From Paramecium tetraurelia (Eukaryota): a stretch of 64,000 nt of DNA. Shown here one piece after another: positions 42,253 through 55,958 of this stretch. The position numbers were made by a program, and so were the translations under genes. The stretch's first letter is position 1. Each line of letters opens with the position of its first letter. Where the stretch lies: the NCBI GenBank assembly GCA_000165425.1, contig CT868307.1, positions 62,001-126,000 on the forward strand, written 5' to 3'. Below the pieces are notes generated by a model. That model was not told where the DNA came from, searched no databases, and worked only from the letters and a program-made list of their open reading frames with translations.

Positions 42253-42712
42253 TTTTTATGTTATCTATATTTACTTTGTGTTATGATCCACATGTTTAAT
42301 AATAGTCATTACATTAATTCATTTACTACTAAATTGTCATCCCTTAACTAAATTTTAAATTGAATCAGTACAATGAGTATAAAACTAAATACACAACAAA
42401 TAATATTCCATTTGAATTACAGTAGGTTTTCAGAAAATGTTAGAATAAGGAATTCTACAGGTTCTCTTCTTTAGAAAAACTGATAAATATTGTATATTCT
42501 TTATAGTAGTACAAAAATGAATTAATTTCCAAGAAAAGTATTAATATCTCTACTTTTTTGATGATGACAATATAATTAATATGATCACTCTTACCAACCA
42601 TTTTAGGTATTCTTAAAATAGCCTAAATGTTAGGAGAGATACTCTTAATAAACTGTGTTTATTTTAATATTTTGTTTTGATTTAATATATTATAATTATT
42701 CACGTAGCCTAC

Positions 42713-43256
42713 TCAACCTGGTCTAGCCCAATTCTTAGCAGGTGGTAATTCTCTTAATGACAATTTATCATAAGGAGTGTTACGACTATAATATAGCTTA
42801 TATTTTTTACGGCTCATTAGAATCTTTCTTTACTACAGTGTTCCATGAGGAAATCTAATATCCTTACCAGCCATAAGCAATGAAAATGAAGAAAACCCAA
42901 GGCAAGATTCTAGTATTCATTACTGGAGTATGAATATTGAATATTCCATTTCTTTCGAATGAGGTTGTTCTTCTAAACCAAGCCATTGTTGCTGGAGTTC
43001 TTTCTTTACTTATCAATCAACAATCTTACATGTTCTAGCAGTCCTCAATACCAATCCTTCAATATTTTAAGGGATCTCAGGTTGTACTTCAAACTTCCCA
43101 ACATTAGCAGCCAAGAAATCACTTTTCTCTTTAAATATCAATCATATTCATACATTATTGTAATTGTCCGAATTCTGGGCCAACCTTATCATACTTATTA
43201 GTAAACAGAGGATCAAATTTACCAAAGGTCTTGGTCTCAGGTATGAAATTGCTCAT
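42713..43256 (-). CDS. Single-TM protein (~155 aa), possibly a ciliate-specific mitochondrial membrane-complex subunit
   Basis: MSNFIPETKTFGKFDPLF..AWFRRTTSFERNGIFNIHTPVMNTRILPWVFFIFIAYGW..PPAKNWARPG*. Three canonical small introns. Confidence 0.7.
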
Positions 43257-44639
43257 TATTTTTATTAATCAAAATTCTTTATATTTTAGATACTAATTGT
43301 TAATATTTGATAATTCATTATTAATTACTCTTTCTAACTACCTACTAAACTATATAAAGCATAATACATTGCTAATATAGTCTTATAAATTACTTGACCA
43401 TATCTTTTGTTTAATAAACAATTGAAAAACACACTTATATTCTGGTAATTTAAAATTTGAATATATGAAAGTGTTGTTAATCATTCTATTTGAAAATTTT
43501 TCAATGTAATAATAATTATATTTGTATTTATTTCATTTGTTAAATTGTTGATTATGATGAAGAACAAATTAAAGGTATGTTAAGTGTCTAATAAAAAGGT
43601 TCAATAAGAGAATATAATAGGGGGAGGGGGAAGAAAAAATGAAAAACGGATGCTTAATATAAATATGATTTCAATAGCTTCTAATAAATACAATATTGAG
43701 AATAGAGTTTAGACTTTAGTTTTCATTCAAGCATATTTATGAGTTGGATGATCAAGATTTCATGCAATTGGGCATAATGTCATACAATTATATATTAAGG
43801 AGAGTTCTTATTTTTATCCTTTGAAAAATATTTGTATATATCTTGTTTGGAATATAATAATACTTGTTTAACGAAATAAAATCTTATGCACATGGAGAAA
43901 GAAATGAAGAAATATAGAATTGAATCTTTCTAATTTTTATGATGAAAAATATCTCTTCTCTATTTTTAAGTCAAAAAGTATTAATCATACTATAATATGA
44001 ATATGATTTTTAATTTTTATAAGTAATATGTTTGTGGAGTTGTTAACGGCAAAAGAATAATATGGTAATTTTATTTTTTGTTATCAGTTAGAAAACAAAG
44101 CGATGAAGTCATGTAGATAGTCAATACTTTACTATCCTTCTTGTTAAATATCAAGGTACTAGTGATTGTGGAGTTGTTTAGCATTTTATAAAGTTTATTT
44201 TGCTATTATCATTTGGGTTTCAAATTTTGTAGAAGAGATAATTTTAAGAGGAAATTCATTTGATTTGCAAGGATGATTATAAGTTAATTTATAATCTCAA
44301 ATAATAGATTATATATAATATGGATTTAAATGTATAATTCTTTATATTCTGAATAACAAATTAATTAAATCTTATATAAGAATTTATTTTAATTTTATTT
44401 ATATTGCATCAGTTTGGATTTTGATCACAGAAAACAGTGTGGCTTGAGCCGTTCATTCTGGTGGGTTAGGAAATGAGACAGAATTGGGAGTTACAGAGTC
44501 TTTTATTGGGTGGAGGTAAAATGAAGAAGGAGGGAGACTCCTGGTAGAATGGGATTAAGTAGAAAACAATATTAAGGTGTGGATTTTATTAAAAATAATT
44601 TATGTTGATAATCATAATTACTTATATAAAAAATTTCAA

Positions 44640-45658
44640 ATGAACAGCTCTGAATCGAATGATTTCTAAAATGGGGAATACAGATTTTAAGAAGATGAGG
44701 ATTACATTGATTTTGAGGAATTAGGGTAGAATGATATGATGAGATATGAAAATGATTAGGGAAAGTATGAATTATTTTAAAGTGTTTGATAGTATAGAGT
44801 TGGTTAACGATAGGAATCAAATTGAAGAGGATATGAATTAGAGTGAGATGTTGAAGGCATCTTCAACTGTTTGCATGAGGGTAGATGAATCGGATGAGTC
44901 AGAAGAGGAATCTTAACTTCAAGGAACGTAAGTTATTATAGTATTATTATATACAGTCAGTCAAGAACCTGTAATTCTGGGACATTGTAGAAATCGATAA
45001 GGAAGAGGAATAGGAATAAAGAGGAACCTGTAAGATATGAATCATTAATAGTATGTTGTAGAAGAGGAAGATTAAGAAGTGGAGTGAGGAAGAGGATAAG
45101 AGTTTGGAAGATTTGTTTCAAATTTATAAGGGAGAATGGGAGATCATAGTGAAATTTTTGGAAGGAAGAACAGTTTCATAATGTAAATAGCACTGGCAAC
45201 GTTTGAGTGGTGGTTAGGAGAAGAAGAGGAAATGGACAGAGGAGGAAAACCAGATCATATTGTCATTTACAAAGGAGAATCCGTAGTTTAATAATTGGGC
45301 TTTGATTGCTTCAAGTATGAAATGTTGATTAAAGAGAGGAATGCAGGGTAGGAATGGGAAACAAATACGAGAGCATTACATGAATCAGTTGCGTCCTGGG
45401 ATTAAGAATAAGCAGGGTTGGACAGAGGAAGATGACAAGTTGTTGTTAAATTTGTATCAGAGATATGGGAGTAAATGGTGTTAGATAAACAAACATTTTG
45501 AGGGAAGAACAGTATGATATTTGTAGTAAATGAAGGAAATAATGTTGAAGAATAGATTCAATAAATTGTAGAAGGGAAACACCTATATTGATCACTTTCT
45601 CAATATCGATGATGAACCCCACTAATTCTAATAATCTCACACATTCTCCTTTAATTGA
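44640..45658 (+). CDS. Three-repeat Myb transcription factor
   Basis: KWSEEED..W..GRTVSQCKQHW; KWTEEEN..NWALIA..GRNGKQIREHYMNQLRP; GWTEEDDKLL..YGSKWCQI..GRT..LKNRF. Acidic N-terminus; about five introns. Confidence 0.92.
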
Positions 45659-45683
45659 TTATATTTAATAATTATTTATACAA

Positions 45684-47362
45684 ATGGGATCAATTTGTTA
45701 ATCGCATTCCTGTGCAATTGAATACACAACTCAATTGAGCACAAGTGTTAACTTTCTCAAACCACTCATTGATCATCAATAGGATGACGAGGTAATAGAG
45801 GAATCCTTATCCCCTACTGATTTTGAAAAGGAGTTTACTACCACTAAGTCAATGGTGCCTAAATCTCCAGATGTCATGTAAAAATCCCCATCGAGTTCAC
45901 CTACTCCTAATGATTCAGTTGTTATATAAAAATTTCATGTAACTTCTGACGATTTCGTGAAGTTTCGATATGAGAACGTTGCTGATTCATATTAGATCGA
46001 GAGATCACTAGGTTCTGGCAGCTACGGAGAAGTGTTTATTGTCAGAAATAAGTAAACAAGTAAGTTGAAGATCATTAACTTTTAGATTAATTGAGAGCCA
46101 TGAAACAGATCAAAAGACAATAAAGTTCAATGAGCAAGAAGGCTTTAAGAGAAATGGAGATTCTCTCTAAGTTGGATCATCCATTTATAGTGAAAGCAAT
46201 AGAAGTATTCTAAGACGAATAAAGTTAGAACATGATTTTGGAGTATTTTTATTAGTTTACATAGGTTGCTTTAAGGAACTGATATCTAGGAAGATATTTA
46301 AAACAATCACAGTTTCACAGAAGAGAAGGCTGCCAATATAGGTTATCAATTGCTGTTGGCAATAAGTTACATCCACAATCAGGATGTGGTCCATAGAGAC
46401 ATCAAGCCAGAGAACATTCTATATCAATATAACAATGGGAACACGTACATTAAACTCATTGATTTTGGTATTTCTACTGAAATCAAGAAGAATAGGAAAC
46501 TGAGTTCCCAATTAGGATCAGTAATAAAATCAAAACTTAAGTTAGATGTACTTTATGGCCCCTGAGATTTTCAGCAAAGACTATGGCAAATAGATTGATA
46601 TTTGGGCTTGTGGTGTTACTTTGTTCTATATGGTTCATAAAAGATATCCTTTTATGGGGAGGACCAATTAAGAGATGAAAAATGCTATTAAGAGTGGAAA
46701 ATTCTCGTTTGATAAATATATTAGTCTGGAATTATAATGTCTTTTGTGTAAGATGTTGTAGATTAATCCCAATAAAAGGATCACTGCTTTATAAGCATTA
46801 CAAGAGGATTGGTTTGTTAAACATAAATTTGCTGGTCAAATCAATCAACAATTGATATTTAAATTAATAAATTATCATTCCACAACTTTATTTGAAGAAT
46901 TGATATTCTCTCTCATTACTTATTTTTTTCACAATAGCGATGATCATGGCTCAGCCATATAAACTTTTTTGTATCTGGATGCGGATTAGGATGGGTAGAT
47001 TTCGAAATAGGAATTCAAGAAATCCCTATATTAATTGGATCTTCCCAATTCAAATTAGCAGATCGATGATCTATACGCAACTCTGAATAAGTAATCAGAT
47101 GATACACTCACTTACAAGGGTATGGTTATCAAATAAGATAGTAGAATTCTTGGCAGCCTCAGTAGCCAGAGATAAAATTTAAACAAAGAAATGCCAGAAG
47201 TTTTGTTTTCAATTGATTGATCATGATGAAGATGGCAAGATATCGGAATCAGATTTCTGTCATTTAATGGGTAAGAACCACTCCAATCTTTGGCATCTCC
47301 TAAATCCTTCGGATAGTTTATACATAACTGAAGAGGAATTTTATAGCATGTTCAAATCATGA
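45684..47362 (+). CDS. Calcium-dependent protein kinase (CDPK)
   Basis: MGSIC, LGSGSYGEV, RAMK, HRDIKPEN, DFG, YFMAPE, EF-hands DADQDGQISKQE and DHDEDGKISESD. Confidence 0.92.
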
Positions 47363-47454
47363 ATAGTTACTATTATTTATATTATATATTCTCAAGACTC
47401 AAGTCTCATTATGTGGTATTCTACTTTTGGCATAAATAATTAAATTTTTTATTT

Positions 47455-47790
47455 ATGTTTAAACCTAATTTCTCAGGTTAATCCAAATCACTGCCTTAAG
47501 ATGACTTTGAAAAGTATATCAAGACAACCTTATAGGAAAATTACTACATGACTTGTTTGGATACATGTTTTGCTGATTACTCTACACCTATTTGTATGAA
47601 AAATATTTGTATTTCACTTGTAGCAGGACAAGAGAAGGTTTGTTTGGCTAAGTGTCTTGACAGAGCATATGATTCATTACGACTGGTGCAAAAGATCATT
47701 GATCCCTTCGACAATATGAAACAGAAGAAGTTTTACTATAAACTAGACGGACAGAATGTGTTAGGTTTGAAGAAGGATTAAATGTTGTGA
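47455..47790 (+). CDS. Small Tim chaperone-like protein (twin CX3C, Tim8/9/10/13 family)
   Basis: CLDTC..ISGQEKVCLAKCLDRA after removing the 30-nt intron 47594-47623. Confidence 0.85.
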
Positions 47791-47803
47791 TTATTAATTA
47801 ATT

Positions 47804-48204
47804 ATGAAAATATTGTTGCTCTTTGTATGTTTTGTGTTTGCTCAAGCTGAGTGCTGTAAGAATGATCATATCACATTGTAGACTATTATCAACTGGGGGC
47901 TTAGCATTACTGTCAAGAATGCTGCTACTGGTATGACGGAGAATGGTTCTGCGAAACCTATTAATATTGCTACACTTTTATTGCCATCACAATATCGATC
48001 TGGATTGCCATCTGTCTAATATATACTAGCATCTATTTTTATGTTCGAAATAAGACGATGCGGAGAATAGCTATGATCCACAATAGATCAGCTCAAGCCC
48101 AGAGAGAAAATAGTGCTATTAACAGTTCAAAAAGAAATGAAATACCTAATGCGACTATCGAAGTGGGAGTGATGGATGTTCAAATATCGAATGATTAATT
48201 ATGA
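47804..48204 (+). CDS. Small type-I membrane protein with Cys-rich ectodomain
   Basis: Signal peptide, C..CQECCYWYDGEWFCETYQYC, TM FIAITISIWIAICLIY, basic stop-transfer. One 26-nt intron. Confidence 0.75.
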
Positions 48205-48224
48205 AACAATATTTTTTATATTTA

Positions 48225-48718
48225 ATGTTGTTGCTATTTATATTCATTGTGCCTCTCTTGGGTTAAACATGTTTCAGCAACAAGGCAGCTGTGGATTGTG
48301 GTACTTTGAAGTGTTGCACTCAAGAAGGCTATTGTGCTGTATAAGAGACTGATTGTTATTACAGTGCTGAGAAATGTACAGATTAATAAGATTTCCATTA
48401 GACTCATGCGATTATGCTGAATGTGATTATTGTTGTATTTACAATGGAGATACTGTTGAGTGTGGAACCAAAGATCAATGCCTCGCTTGGATATTCATAT
48501 TGTTGGGTTCTTGGCTCCTATTAACATTAATTGTAACATTTGCAGCTATCAATCGCAAAAGAAACATTGCTACTCGTATGATTGTTATTGCTGAGAAGGC
48601 TAAACTGGTTGCATTAGATAACTCAAGAAAATCTATAGTCTCATAAATAATAGGAACAGAAGAATAATACGGCAAAGAATTTTAAGTTAATAAAGATAAT
48701 TATAATTTGTAATTGTGA
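48225..48718 (+). CDS. Small type-I membrane protein with duplicated Cys-rich ectodomain (paralogue of upstream gene)
   Basis: Signal peptide, C..C..CC..C..C then CDYAECDYCCIYNGDTVECGTKDQC, TM WIFILLGSWLLLTLIV. One 26-nt intron. Alternative in-frame ATG at 48201. Confidence 0.75.
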
Positions 48719-48737
48719 TTTTGGTTTTGTTTTTCAT

Positions 48738-49782
48738 TCATAAAAATTAGAATTCTATTTTTGTTATTGTAAGATCTTCTCCTTGCATTTCTGCATCTTC
48801 TAAAATAACTCATCTTTCGAAGGATTCGCTTTACTCTCTTATACTTTCTCTTATAAGGCTTCAACTACAATTCTCTATGAGATTTTCTCATCCGTTTATA
48901 AGAGATCTAAGGTTTTCCTCAATGAATTCAAATCTGTGGATGCTCTTGATGATTTCATTTGTTCAGGAGATTTCGATTTTTAAATAGAGTTCTATTTTTA
49001 TACATTGTTCTAATTCTAAATAATGTTCGAATTTTAATTGGTGATCTAATTTTAAATAGTGCTCTAAATTTGTAAGGATTGTTTCAATTGTTCTTAAAGT
49101 GGTTTCTTTGGTTACACCTACAAAGCAATTGGCTAAAAGTTGATTTGAGGTTTAGCTTGTTCAACTTTTTTAGTTGTGACATTTAATTCTTTTAAAATTT
49201 CTATATTTTCTCGATTTTGTTATGATGGCAAGTCATCACTCTTTTCAATAACTGTGTAATTGAGATTCAGAGTCTAATCCATAAATTAGGTATAATTAAG
49301 TTGAGATTTGTTGCATCTATTTTGGGTTTCGATTTCTATAAATTGGCTGACATCCAATAATTGTTATTGCAATCTTGATTGTCGCTCGTCATTCAGTTGT
49401 TAATTGTCGATGGATTGCAATATCTTAACGAAAACCAATTTAAATATTTTAGATGTGGTTGTAACTAAGATGTAAGACATTTGATATCTCATTTCTGTTA
49501 GGACATTATCAATTTAAATATTCTGGAGATAGACTGCACAATAATTTAAATGTTCGAATTTCAAAAATGCGAATGTCAACTAAGCAATCAGACAGACCCA
49601 ATAGAAAAAATTGAAGAATCCTAACAAATCAAATATTTATTAGATGAATAACAAGGTGAACCTGAAATAATGAATTGAGATTACCATTGGAAAATCAAGA
49701 CCTCTGCCTTTTGTTGATGGATGATTTGCACTATAGTCTTGGCTGTTAGAAACACAAATAGTACGATTTATACATTGTTCAT
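48738..49782 (-). CDS. Hypothetical membrane protein with Q/E-rich C-terminal region
   Basis: Hydrophobic segment LLGFFNFFYWVCLIAQLTFAFL then a long open Q/E/N-rich frame. 5' exon structure uncertain. Confidence 0.55.
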
Positions 49783-49977
49783 AATTAATGTTTAGAAATT
49801 ATTGTTTTTTGGACATTTAATATATTTTTATATTTGCACATATTATGAACACAAAGTAGAACAAACCCATTTATGATACATATTAAGTATGGTATTATGA
49901 AGGAATAAAAATAATGCTGATTACTTGTTAATAGTTTACGATTAGAATTTTAATTATAACAGTTAATTTAAAAATCA

Positions 49978-50989
49978 ATGAAGTCGAACAACGAGAACAA
50001 TTATGTACGAGTGTCATACAACAACTTTGTAACTACACGCAATCGACAATTCGGAAATGAGATCACAAACATACAACGAGTACCAACTCGATCTACATCG
50101 CAATTCCTCTGTTCCAAACCCATGTTGAAGATAGAAGAAGAAATTCCTCTTCCTGTTCCTGAATTCGTAAATCCATATGTTGCTGATATCTTCGAATATC
50201 TACGTGTCAATCAACATAAATTCATGTGTTAGACTCCCTTCTACATGAATTTACAATTAGACATTACCAATTAAATGCGTTCAATTCTAATTGACTGGCT
50301 AGTCGATGTGCATCTCAAATTTAAGTTGTAATCAGAAACCCTCTATATGACCATCAATTTAATTGATCGCTACCTTGCCAAAAATACAATCATGCGAAAT
50401 AAACTCCAACTTGTCGGAATTGCCTCCCTCTTCATAGCATCCAAATTTGAAGAAATCTATGCTCCTGAACTTAAGGATTTTGTATGCGTTTGTGACAATG
50501 CATACACTAAAGAAGAAATACTTGGTATTTATCACCCCTTATTATACCAGAAATGGAAAGCAAAATTTTATTAACAATCTAATTCCACTTGACTTCCACT
50601 TCCCCACTCAAATTCCTTGAAAGACAAATTTCTGGAGCCAATCTCTGTGACAAAATCAATTTTGCTTCCAGAATGATTCTAGAATTATCTCTCCTAGACA
50701 TCAGATGTCTCAAGTATTAATAATCCATCTATCCAGATTTTCATCATCCCTATTAGCTACGACTGCCATACTCTTAGCCATTAATCTACTTCGATCACCA
50801 TAAGTATTGCCCTCCTCACTTCATTATGTTGACAACCAAGAAGATCTTAGACAGTGTTTATAAGAATTTCTCCCTGTCATCAAATTATTATAAAGCAGTA
50901 ATATGACTGCAATCAAAAGAAAGTATTCTCTTGACAAATATAATAAAATTGCTGAGCAAATCATGACAATCTTACATAATTAAAAATGA
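49978..50989 (+). CDS. A/B-type cyclin
   Basis: D-box-like [73 protein letters not shown]. Two introns. Confidence 0.95.
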
Positions 50990-53900
50990 ACTATAAACAA
51001 TTAATATATATGTATACTTATTTATAACCAATATTTTCGAAGTCAAAATTAAATTTAATTTTATCTATTTTTTATAATATATAAAGAATCTGTTTATTTA
51101 TATTTTATTATCTTTCATTTTTTAAATGTTTTTGAGATAAAATAATTGGTCTATTACTAAATTCTAAGCTTAAATTAATCCTATTTGATACTTGTTTTAC
51201 AGAAAAGATGATTATTTAATATTACATTGTATTAATCATCCTGATCTCGTCTATTTAATTTTAGTTATAACTCCATCATTTATACATAATTCTGTTTCGA
51301 AATGTAGATTTTACGCAATTCTAGAAATTTAACTCTAATTTGGTTAATAGATTTCAACCAACTATTTAATGGTTTTACAGAATAATTATTATTGATCCGA
51401 AATTGAAATTACTCTAAATACAATTGTATATTCATTATTAAACTGAATATCTATAGATAAAATATTCAATATATATATATTTTAAAATTTCACAATTACA
51501 TTAGTTGTGTTTTGAATTTAAAATTTAAAAAGAATTATCAATTGACTATTTCTTATTTAAAACATTTATCTTGAGTATTGATAATACTCCTTTTTTTGAT
51601 TAATTTAAAGTCCATCTATTATACATAGCCATATCAACAATTATTGCTACTAAGATTACATATACATAATCTAATTGTTAATTCATATTAATATTATTCA
51701 TTTTTAAAGCAAAGGTCATAATCACTCATTAATTAATTTTAAAATTAAAGATTAATGGATGTGAATGAATGAATTTTTAATCAACAATTTAATATTTATG
51801 TTTATTAAATTAAAAATATTAATTTCCCGCTACTTAATTTTATATTGCTCATTGTTAATTTCTTTTCATTTTAAGAATATTCAATCATATTAGCTTGAAT
51901 TCTTTATGTTGTTGCGCTCTTATTTATATTTTTTCAATTTATCTAAATTGTAATTAAAAATTACCAAAAAGTCTGTAAAATAACTTATAAATAAATATTC
52001 TATAGAAAAATAAGTTAGATGAATTAAATTTGTACAAATTGGTTATTTAAGTTTGTTAAATAAAGAATAGCAAAATGACTCTTAGAAAAGTTAAAGAACT
52101 TTTGTAATTTTTCTGGAATAACCTAAGTTTGGAATTAATTTATATAAGTCAAAATATTTGAAATTCTCTATTTTATTGAAATTGAGATATTTTCGTATCA
52201 GCAAGGGAAATTTGTATTAGAAAGTTCTAGTAGTTCTAAATTTGGAATATCAAGGGAATAAAGATTGTTTTATAATATATTAATTTCTATCGTTAATCAT
52301 AAATATTGTCAGGTTCATCTAAAAATCAATGAAACTTAAATGTCTAAATATCGGTTGAAATCTCTATGGACATGATTTATATTGAATATTAGATCAGAAT
52401 AACAAACAATATGTAACATTGAAATTTAAAATCAAAATAAACCTCTTTTCATTGAAGTCTGTTGTGTTTTTCAAACTTATTTCTAAGGTAATCATTCCAT
52501 AAGTATAGCAAGTCTGTAAAATCAGAGGAATGCTAGCTGAATTTCTTAATCATTAAATTATTTTCTTTTTTCTCAGTATTTTCTATTTTTTAATTATGGA
52601 AATCTAAGCTGAATGGAGATTTTTCAGGAGAGTGTTTAGACTTTATATCCTCATCTAGATTATCGACATCACCAATTATTATTAATGGAGAAAGGGAATT
52701 TTAATGAAACTACTGCATTTTAATTAATATATATAAATGGAAGAAATTAAAGAAACTTTTATAAAGTCTTTTTATATTAATTACAATATAAATAAATTTG
52801 CTATTTTCTAATTAGCACTTTATTTTTATCATCTCAAATCTTGCAATATTTATATAATTAAGCTATTCATTGAATTTATTTAAAAAGTCAAAGCAATATA
52901 TATATCATTAATTCATATTCAAAACTATTTCGGTTCAAATTTTTTCACTAAGTAGCCATTCCACATATATAATTATTCAGTGAAGTCTTAAGACCGAAAC
53001 TTTTTTCTTCTTGCTGTATTGTCCCCATCAGAACTCTTCCTTGCTGATTAGATAAATGTATTTGTTTAGGAAGATTGGCTCGATAATTCAAAGTCATCTA
53101 TAAAATTCACAGGACTATTATCCCCTTCTATAATTAGATGTTTTAAAGGACTCTATGTCAAGTTTTGCATGTTTAATTTTTATTATTAAAATGCATATGG
53201 ACCACAATCCCATATTTGAATATCAAAATCATTCATTAGAATCTTACAATAACAAAATCTGGGAGAAGGTAATTTTTATTGTAAAAATAAAACTGTAGTG
53301 CTTTAGAAATCAGATGATAATCATTTAATAACAAAAATTGTAGTTACAAACTTTTAATTTGTCTTCTGCTCGATAATATTAATTATTATTATATATAGTT
53401 CAAGCTTCGTCCTATTTAAAGCGCTGAGTAAAAAAGCCATTTATTTGAAAAAAGTTGTACTAGATAATTGATAAAAATAAGTAGTGCCATCGAATAAAAC
53501 CGAAATTATTTCAGAAAGAATGATGATATATAATTATTATTTACAAAATCGAAGATGTTAATCCTTTGAATGACAAACATAATATTAAAATTATAATTAG
53601 AATAAATTATACGAATATTTATATTTTAACAAAATATTATATATTTATTTTGAATGAATTAATACAATTATAATTTTTGACTATGTATAATGAAGATTTT
53701 AAGATTTTTATAACAAATTGAGTTATTATAAATTTTAATATCTCATTTACTATTAAATAAATCTTCTTTATTGTCATAAATTATTAATAATAATAAAGAA
53801 ATATAAATTATAACAAAAATCAAATATATGAGTTTGTTTGTATATCTTCAAAATATTATCTTTTGATTTCTGTTCTATTAGTTAAATAATAATAAAAATT

Positions 53901-54032
53901 GCGATAACGAGAAACTGATTTTAAGTGATATTATTAACAAATAAAGAAATACAAAGTGACTTATTAGATTATACTGTGCTTCTTAATTATTTTAAATACT
54001 TAAAATTCAATATTTAATTTAGTACTTTTGAA

Positions 54033-55958
54033 ATGTCAGAAGATTCAAATTCAATATTAACAACCATAAAGTACTACAAGAGTATATTAAAATTTCCATC
54101 GTTTCCAAAATAATACTCAGAATTAGATGAGACCTAAGAGTAGAATGATCTTTTTTTTTGTAATTCAAAATAGAGAAAGGAGGAAAGTTTAAAGTTATTA
54201 AAAGAATGGGCTTAGGATAGAATGGAATTGTTTGAAAGGAATAGAGAAATTGTGGAAGAATTAGCAAATTCATGTGATTACAAAATACGATTATCCGTTG
54301 ATTTCCTTCAAATAGCTTACAAATTTTTCAATGAGAAATATTTCCATGAACAACAATATGCATAATTTCTTATCACAAAACCTTAACCTGCATTGAAATA
54401 AAATCCATTGAATTAATCATTATATTCTACTGTCGGAACTTCAGTCTCAACATTTGAGGAACACAATTTAAAAAGGTTAGAAAAAATTGCTAATTTTGCT
54501 CATTCGATTTAAACTGACATACTTAAAGCCAAATCCTTTAGTGAATTGAGTGATATGGATAGAAAATTGGATGTGCTCTTGAGTTCAATAATTACATAGA
54601 AAAAATTGTTATAAAATTACATTACATCAGCAGGCTAGAAATTGAACTTAATAATCTAATAATTCCCTCAGCATCAAGTACCTTAAAGATAGAGGAAACC
54701 AATATTTGATGACTAGTAATAATAAAATAAAACGGATAAGTAAAATACATAAGCTCAAGGTAATGAAGTTGTTGGAACAGAATGTTTATAAAATCCAGCT
54801 GAAAAGGGACTTAATAAATCGATAAAAGAATAAGAAAGATAAATTAGGGAATAATAATTAAAAGATGAGTAAAGTTTAAGTAATGGAAGTGAATTTCAAT
54901 AAGAAGAATTGTAAGAATAATAAGAATAAAAATAAGAATAACAAGATGAAGCAAAATGTGAAATAATATAGAATAAAGAAGAATAGCCATAACAATTACA
55001 AAATTAAGAATAATTTAATGATAGTTAGGAGTAGTCTGTCTAATAGTAATAATAAGAAAAATAGGCATAACATTTTGTAGAGACATTAAATAGTGCAGAA
55101 ATGTACAAATAATAATAATAATTAAAAGAACGATAAACATTTGATTAAAATAAGTTGAAATCAAAAAATTACTAATCTTAAGGACAACCAAATATCTAGT
55201 AATAAATTAAGAATGAAGATGATGGAAAAAAGTAATAAAATCAATAAGTGGATGTGTATAGACTTATAGTTAGTTTTGTGGCCACTCAATAATATGCTAA
55301 TAAATTATTAAATTAATTGGTAGAAAAGGTTATCTCATATTGGAAATAAGTCATTGCAATTGAATAAACAAGAGCATAATGGGCTAAAGATTCATGTTAG
55401 ATTTATAAAAATGGCATAGCAGAAGTTCATAATTTATAAGTAGAATTACCAGAATTGAAAATCGATGTTGAAGATCATTACAAATTAAAGAAATTATTAC
55501 CAAAAGAGATGTCATAATTTGAAGATGGAAATGAGGAGGATTTTCTTCAAACTTTAGTTATCAAAGAACTGGGATGCCAAGCAGCAAGGTTATTATTGAT
55601 TAAGGAATTTAAAGTAAATGTTATAGATAAAACTAATGAAATATAAGCTATCCTAGTGCTAACTATTGATAAATATGTTGGTTGTTGGTTTAAGCATGAT
55701 GAAACAGTAGAAGGTATTTATTATTTTGAGTTAAAGCTATTGATAATCCTGTTCTTCATTATCCTATTAATGGTATGGCAATACAGAAAGTTAACGAATT
55801 AGTGTTGGATATCATGCCCTCAAGACACTTATTGTTTTTGAATGTAATATTAATATATTCAAATCTAGATTGCAAATGATAGACAGAAAAGTAGGATTAA
55901 ATTCCAAACAGCAGACGATATGGAAGAATTTTGTACGATATCATAAGCAAAGGTTTGA
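54033..55958 (+). CDS. Coiled-coil protein, possibly F-BAR-like N-terminus and PH-like C-terminus, with Q/E-rich insert
   Basis: KFFNEKYFHEQQYAQFL resembles F-BAR helix 2. C-terminal beta-rich AILVLTIDK..F..EEF. Domain calls are tentative. Confidence 0.65.

Noticed and set aside
48201..48204. A further ATGA stop/start overlap
   Set aside because: An in-frame ATG at 48225 gives a normal signal peptide, so the overlap is probably incidental.
51000..52720. Long AT-rich stretch as a possible retained IES or transposon relic
   Set aside because: No terminal inverted repeats, convincing TAYAG ends or transposase motifs seen. Only a short weak ORF near 52450-52718.
52930..53440. Minus-strand DIQIWDCG resembling a Rab switch II motif
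   Set aside because: No P-loop GKS/T, NKxD or CAAX nearby, and the gene model could not be resolved.
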